The notes under the pieces: generated by a model | The model's input: only the letters and a program-made list of their open reading frames with translations | Database searches by the model: none | What the model was told of the DNA's origin: nothing | Source: Patescibacteria group bacterium | Lineage (GTDB): Bacteria > Patescibacteriota > UBA1384 > XYA2-FULL-43-10 > 1-14-0-10-43-13 | NCBI GenBank assembly: GCA_041674765.1 | Contig: JBAYVE010000001.1 | Location: 198,177 to 262,176 of the forward strand | Reading direction: 5' to 3' | Length of the DNA stretch: 64,000 nt | Shown: in pieces, positions 58,967 to 64,000 of the stretch | Layout of the letters: each line of letters starts with the position of its first letter | Position numbering within the stretch: position 1 is the first letter of the stretch | Position numbers and translations under genes: made by a program

Positions 58967-59307
58967 ATCGGAAATCCCTCCTTCGGAATTTTGTTCTGCT
59001 ATTAATGCTAGCGATTTTGAGTAGGTATAGCAAACTTTTTTATGTGCATAAGTCTATGTTTTCTGCATGTATTTATACATTATTAATCGGATGCCTGAAA
59101 AATTCGCTCTCAAACAAAGATTTTCAACAAATTTATCGTGAATTGCCTGTAGATTTTTAATTGCTTTTGGTCTATGATTGCAGGGAAGCTAGGGTCGAGG
59201 TTTCAAAAAATTAATAATGAATCTAGATTTTAATTAGGGTGCGTTCCCAGTTTAGTCCACGAAATAGTTTTTATTTTTGGCACTAATTAAATCTAAGTAA
59301 AGGTAAA

Positions 59308-59607
59308 ATGGACGATAAAAAAGATTTTACTCCTGCAGAGCCAAATCAGAAGCTGTTCATTGGTGGGTTAGCTTGGGCTGCAACTGATGAAGATTTACAA
59401 GAGGCTTTCAGTCCGTTTGGTGAAGTTGTTTCTGCATCTGTAGTCAAGTATCCTGACACAGGCAGATCAAAGGGCTTCGCTTTTGTCGAGTTTGCAACCG
59501 TCGAGGAAGCAACCAAAGCAAAAGAGGAAATGGACGGCAAGGAAATTCAAGGCAGAGCAATCAAAGTTGATTTCGCTATGCCAAGAAAAGAAAGAACCGA
59601 AGAGTAG
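59308..59607 (+). CDS. RRM RNA-binding protein
   Basis: RNP2 KLFIGGL, RNP1 KGFAFVEF. Confidence 0.95.
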   Translation: MDDKKDFTPAEPNQKLFIGGLAWAATDEDLQEAFSPFGEVVSASVVKYPDTGRSKGFAFVEFATVEEATKAKEEMDGKEIQGRAIKVDFAMPRKERTEE

Positions 59608-59677
59608 TCTTCGAAAAGCAAGAAGCTTAAAAAAATACTCCAGAGAGAAATCCCGGGGGTATTTTTTTATGTCTGAC

Positions 59678-59779
59678 TTATCCACAAAACCATGAGTAAT
59701 CCACAGTATAAAATATACGGTGGTAGGGTATAATGTGGATAGCGGGGGGTATGACGGTGGATAACAGAAATTATCCACA
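59678..59779. promoter_or_regulatory. cluster of five DnaA-box-like 9-mers
   Basis: TTATCCACA 59678 and 59771, TAATCCACA 59697, TGTGGATAG 59734, GGTGGATAA 59756. Confidence 0.65.
59715..59731. promoter_or_regulatory. probable CsoR operator
   Basis: ATAC-ggtggtagg-GTAT dyad with G tract overlapping a TATAAT, upstream of csoR. Confidence 0.55.
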
Positions 59780-59817
59780 ATCCAGCTGTAAAGTTATTAA
59801 TAGTCCAAGATCAAATC

Positions 59818-60063
59818 ATGAAACACAAAAATATTTATAGCCGTTTGAGGCGGATTGAAGGCCAGATTCGCGGTATTGAAGAGATGATCGAGAAGGGTCG
59901 GAGTGAACAGGAAATTATGATTCAACTTCAGGCCGCCAAATCATCAATTGCTGGAGCTATCACCTCGTTTGTTGAAGGGATGCTTACTAAAAATGAAAAA
60001 GGCGAAGTAATAGTGCCGCCGGAAAACGCTGCAACTATTCTTCGTCTCTTAAAAAACAGTTAA
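59818..60063 (+). CDS. CsoR/RcnR-family regulator
   Basis: RLRRIEGQIRGIEEMIE..QLQAAKS; metal-binding Cys/His residues absent. Confidence 0.85.
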   Translation: MKHKNIYSRLRRIEGQIRGIEEMIEKGRSEQEIMIQLQAAKSSIAGAITSFVEGMLTKNEKGEVIVPPENAATILRLLKNS

Positions 60064-60072
60064 ATTAAGTTT

Positions 60073-60219
60073 TTACCCAAAAAGAAGTCGGCCGCAGATC
60101 ATGCCGGTCGTTAGAGCTAAGGATACTGTCAAAAACATCAAAATTAGGTCAGGAAGTTTTAGCCTGCTTATTTGAAACTCAGTTGTACCTATTTCGAAAA
60201 TGTCAGCTCTGTTTTTCAT
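60073..60219 (-). CDS. possible 48-aa small membrane protein
   Basis: MKNRADIFEIGTTEFQISRLKLPDLILMFLTVSLALTTGMICGRLLFG; fills an otherwise empty gap. Confidence 0.45.
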   Translation of the reverse strand: MKNRADIFEIGTTEFQISRLKLPDLILMFLTVSLALTTGMICGRLLFG

Positions 60220-60393
60220 AATCGCCTTTTCTAAATTAAGCCATTGTACCAAATATATAACATTTTGTCAAGGTGTTAGCGCCAATTCGCCTATTATAAT
60301 AATGAATGCCTCTTCGCAAAGCCATTTTTTCGATTGCGCTAGAGTCAAAATATGAATATAATAGATTAAGTTAGTATTAAGAGGATTTTTTGC

Positions 60394-60612
60394 ATGTCAG
60401 AAGAAAAAAAGAAAGTTTTGAAAATTGATGAGGACGTTTGTATCGGTTGCAATACCTGTGAAAGTATAGCGCCAGATTATTTCAAGATTGATGGCGGAGT
60501 CTCCAAGGTGATAAAAGCTTATGACGAGAATGATGCAGAGCTAATACAGGACGTTATTGACAGTTGTCCGGTTCAGGCTATTACTGTTGAGGAAGAAACA
60601 CCGCAAGAATAA
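60394..60612 (+). CDS. ferredoxin (single 4Fe-4S/3Fe-4S)
   Basis: CIGCNTC...CPVQAI. Confidence 0.93.
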   Translation: MSEEKKKVLKIDEDVCIGCNTCESIAPDYFKIDGGVSKVIKAYDENDAELIQDVIDSCPVQAITVEEETPQE

Positions 60613-60686
60613 ACATTTATTGTTCCAGCTCTAAGAATTAAGGAAATATTTTAATTCTTAGGCTTGATCCTTAATTGCTGGAAATA

Positions 60687-61076
60687 ATGGAGAGGGGAAG
60701 CAAAATAAACACAATTTTCTCTTGGTGGTATGGCCTGGCCTTTCAGAATCTGGCATCCAACCTCAGAGGAATATATCTATATCTCTTTGATGCCTTTTCG
60801 GTCAAGATTTGCCTCTCGACTCTCTTTTCTGTTTGGCGCCGGGATATGATTTCTTATCAGAATCTATCACTCCAGGAAGTTTTGCAGGCTTGGATGCTAA
60901 ATTTATCATCAAGAATAATAGGCTTTCTGGTAAAAGTAGCTACACTGATATCTTTTGCCGCCATGACGCTAGCTTTCTCATTTGTTTCGGTGATTCTGAT
61001 TTTTTGCTGGTTTCTCATGCCGCTCCTAATCCCAGCAATATTTGTTATCGGCATTAAAATTGCGATAGGAGTTTGA
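60687..61076 (+). CDS. membrane protein coupled to Clp ATPase
   Basis: FSWWY..TLFSVWRRD..SRIIGF; 1 bp from the next gene. Confidence 0.75.
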   Translation: MERGSKINTIFSWWYGLAFQNLASNLRGIYLYLFDAFSVKICLSTLFSVWRRDMISYQNLSLQEVLQAWMLNLSSRIIGFLVKVATLISFAAMTLAFSFVSVILIFCWFLMPLLIPAIFVIGIKIAIGV

Positions 61077-61077
61077 G

Positions 61078-63570
61078 ATGCCGGTAAAGTACTATCTGAA
61101 GGCGGCGGGTCCTATCTTCCGCTCAGTAAAATATAAGGGCAACTACACTTCCTCATCTTATAAATTCTTTTCTTTTGGCGTCTGGCTATTGGGAATATCT
61201 TCGATAGTTACGATTATTGCCAATTACACCTTTTATCCTTTTGGAAATGCGATTGGTTTTTCGTTTATGATTTTCGCCCCTTTCTTAGCATATGCGATTT
61301 ATAGTTTCTATATTAAAGATACTATTTTAGAGCCAAAATATCCGGCGTTGGCAAAGATCAATGAGCGAGAAGGGGACATTAATCTTTTCGACTATATCTC
61401 AGTCGATCTTGCTGAAAAAATTTGGCCGCTTTTCAAATCGGGAAATGTTGTTTCCTCGATGGAATTCTTACCCAAACTAATCGAATGCAGCTCTCTAAAT
61501 TTCATTTTTCTTCGTCTGGGAATTAACAAAGACGATTTTTTGGCGGCCATCTTGGCCATACCCAAAGAGGAGGACATTACTTCGACAATATTGAAAACGG
61601 TTAGCGTCGCTATTAAAAATGGTCATTCTTCTATTTGGGCCGGGGATATATTGATCACTTTGGCGGAAGAGGGACGGATGGATAAGATTCTCGACGCTCT
61701 GAAGCTTGAGGAGAAGGATCTTATCTCATTGGTCAGGTGGCAGACGAAAAATTTAGATAGAATCAATGAGTTCAATAAGAGATTTGATTTCAAGAATCCT
61801 AAATTGACGGGAGGCATCGGTCGGGATTGGGCCTATGGCTACACACTTTTTCTGCGTCAATTTGCTTATGATTTGGAGTCGATAATCCAAAAGTCAGGTC
61901 TCGGGTCCGAAGTCGTCGGTCGGGAGAGAGAGATGATGGAGATGGAGGAAGGATTGCTAAATCAATCTAATAGTAACGTCGTAGTTGTGGGAGAGGCTGG
62001 GGTAGGCAAAAAAACAACCATCATCGGCTTTGCAAAAAAGATATTGGACGGAGAAGTCAGCCCCGGATTGGCACATTACCATGTCTTTCAGTTGAATATT
62101 GAAGCGCTGTTATCAGGGAGTGGCGGTATTAATGAAACTATTGCCAACATCGGCCAGGTTATGGCCGAAGCTTCCTACGCCGGCAACGTTATTATTTTTG
62201 TTGAGAATATAGACAATCTTTTCTCCAACCGAAATGCCGGTCAGATCGACGCGTCTGAGGTATTAATGCCTTATCTCGATGCCGGTAATGTCCGGATCAT
62301 CGGTACCTGCGATGTCGCTGGTTATAACAATTCGATTCTTTCTAATTCAGCTCTTTCCAGTAAATTCATCCGGGTTTCCTTAAATGAACCGACTGTTGAT
62401 CAGACCATCGAGATATTGGAAGATTCGGTGCCGCTGATTGAATATAGGACTAAATCGATTATTTCATATGAGGCATTGAAGGAGGCCGTTAAGCTGGCGG
62501 ATAAATTCATTATGGATATTCCAAATCCAGAAAAATCAATTGGCTTATTGGAGGGAGCTTCTTTGCGAGCCTCTTCCGATCGAGCAGAAACTATTGTTCT
62601 ACCGAAGGATGTCAGCGATTATATCGAATCGAAATATCAAATTCCTCTTGGAGAGGTTACCGACAAGGAGCGAGAAGTCCTTTTGGCTCTTGGTGAGGAA
62701 ATGCACAAATCGGTAATCGGGCAGAATGAAGCGATCGAATCAGTCGTCGGAGCGATGAGAAGAGCCAGGGCTCAGGTGACGGACTCGAAGAAACCGATCG
62801 GTTCTTTTCTCTTTCTGGGGCCGACAGGTGTAGGAAAAACGGCGACTGCAAAAGCATTGGCCAAAGCTTATTTTGGCGGAGAGGAAAGGATGATCCGCTT
62901 TGATATGTCTGAATATCAAAACAGCCAAGATATATATAGGCTCATCGGTAAAAGTTTTGGTGGAGATGAAGAGCAGGGAAATCTTGTCACTGCAATTCGT
63001 GAAAAACCTTTTTCTTTGCTTTTATTTGATGAGGTAGAAAAAGCCGATCCGGATATTCTTAATTTGTTTTTGCAAATATTGGACGAGGGCATTTTGACCG
63101 ATGGCAGTGGACGGAAGGTGTCTTTTGCTAATACAATTATTATTGCCACTTCGAACGCCGGTGCTGATTTGATACGTGAGTCGATCTCAAACGGTGAAAA
63201 CTATGAAAAAACTAAAACCGCTCTGGTTGAATATTTGCAAGATCAGCATATTTTCAGACCCGAATTGATTAATCGTTTTTCCGGCGTCATCGCCTTCTCG
63301 ACTTTGTCCTCAGAGGAGATCAGGCAGGTAGCTACTATCATGTTTGCAGGCGTTCAGGACACAGTTTACAACAATCAGGGAATTAAGGTGATGATTTCAC
63401 CTGATGCCATCGATATTCTCTCCGAGATGGGCTTTGACCAGAGGATGGGCGCTCGTCCGATGGAAAGAATTATTCAGGAAAAGGTTGAAAATCTCTTGGC
63501 TGAGAAAATATTGAGTCGTGAACTAAAAAAGGGTGATCAATTTATGATCACCAAAGAGTTGATACTTTAA
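61078..63570 (+). CDS. ClpA/ClpB-family AAA+ ATPase with N-terminal TM helices
   Basis: GEAGVGK and GPTGVGKT Walker A, RFDMSEY, LFDEVEKA, FRPELINR, GARPM. Confidence 0.92.
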   Translation: MPVKYYLKAAGPIFRSVKYKGNYTSSSYKFFSFGVWLLGISSIVTIIANYTFYPFGNAIGFSFMIFAPFLAYAIYSFYIKDTILEPKYPALAKINEREGDINLFDYISVDLAEKIWPLFKSGNVVSSMEFLPKLIECSSLNFIFLRLGINKDDFLAAILAIPKEEDITSTILKTVSVAIKNGHSSIWAGDILITLAEEGRMDKILDALKLEEKDLISLVRWQTKNLDRINEFNKRFDFKNPKLTGGIGRDWAYGYTLFLRQFAYDLESIIQKSGLGSEVVGREREMMEMEEGLLNQSNSNVVVVGEAGVGKKTTIIGFAKKILDGEVSPGLAHYHVFQLNIEALLSGSGGINETIANIGQVMAEASYAGNVIIFVENIDNLFSNRNAGQIDASEVLMPYLDAGNVRIIGTCDVAGYNNSILSNSALSSKFIRVSLNEPTVDQTIEILEDSVPLIEYRTKSIISYEALKEAVKLADKFIMDIPNPEKSIGLLEGASLRASSDRAETIVLPKDVSDYIESKYQIPLGEVTDKEREVLLALGEEMHKSVIGQNEAIESVVGAMRRARAQVTDSKKPIGSFLFLGPTGVGKTATAKALAKAYFGGEERMIRFDMSEYQNSQDIYRLIGKSFGGDEEQGNLVTAIREKPFSLLLFDEVEKADPDILNLFLQILDEGILTDGSGRKVSFANTIIIATSNAGADLIRESISNGENYEKTKTALVEYLQDQHIFRPELINRFSGVIAFSTLSSEEIRQVATIMFAGVQDTVYNNQGIKVMISPDAIDILSEMGFDQRMGARPMERIIQEKVENLLAEKILSRELKKGDQFMITKELIL

Positions 63571-63600
63571 CACTAATTATCAAGATATCAAATTTTACGT

Positions 63601-63652
63601 CTTAGACCTTAGACCTTAGAACTTAGACCTTAGACCTTAGACCTTAGACCTT
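63601..63652. repeat. heptamer tandem repeat (CTTAGAC)x7
   Basis: Read directly, one variant CTTAGAA. Confidence 0.9.
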
Positions 63653-64000
63653 TATTTATGGATATACACGGTGGTTCCGATATCAGTCCAATCGAAAACT
63701 GTTTGGGCAGAGCCTATTCCTAAGCGAACACAGCCATGGGAAACAGGGGTGCCCAAATGGGATTCGCCTTCCTTGTAGCCGTTGGGCCACTCGGGAAGTT
63801 CATGGATGCCATAGTCTCCACTAAACTGCTGCCAGTATGGCATCCAGAGACCGTATTTGCCTGACCATTGTTTTGGATTCTTGCTGGTAATATGAAATTC
63901 ACCGGTTGGTGTAGGCATTGACGGCTTCCCTGAGGATATAATAAAACAATCAATTAAATTTGGACCCTCTACCCTGCATAGCTTTTGGTTTGCTAGGTCA
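63652..64000 (-). CDS. L,D-transpeptidase (YkuD), 5' truncated by window edge
   Basis: DLANQKL..ISSGK..PTPTG..YGIHE..SHGCVRL. Confidence 0.92.
   Translation of the reverse strand, partial: DLANQKLCRVEGPNLIDCFIISSGKPSMPTPTGEFHITSKNPKQWSGKYGLWMPYWQQFSGDYGIHELPEWPNGYKEGESHLGTPVSHGCVRLGIGSAQTVFDWTDIGTTVYIHK

Overview
Gene-dense, roughly 40% GC bacterial window. The gene content points to a Patescibacteria/CPR genome (inference): TM-anchored Clp ATPase with a small membrane partner, an RRM protein, nrdDG, many single-TM secreted proteins, stand-alone GIY-YIG genes and almost no biosynthetic pathways. The left half (1-30 kb) is accessory DNA. It holds an orphan hydG, a substrate-binding-protein/C13 legumain fusion, and a family of Cys-rich secreted peptides with a conserved leader ending in P-[TA]-N next to an M2/M3 peptidase. 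It also holds three GIY-YIG genes, each in a different repeat context, nested REP-like palindromes, and a ~9 kb array of single-gene cassettes separated by tRNA-derived att-like palindromes that ends at tRNA-Asn(GTT). The right half has a GT2/GT-C/glycoside hydrolase surface-glycan cluster, a Gmk-TM-zincin-Ig fusion, NrdR-boxed nrdDG, HD proteins, a DnaA-box cluster with csoR, ferredoxin, the Clp ATPase and a partial L,D-transpeptidase. The best candidates for undescribed systems are (1) the tRNA-Asn-anchored cassette array, (2) the legumain plus PxN-leader Cys-rich peptide system, and (3) GIY-YIG-encoding mobile units, one of which sits inside a peptide gene and supplies it with a new start codon. 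All calls come from reading the sequence by eye; no searches were run.
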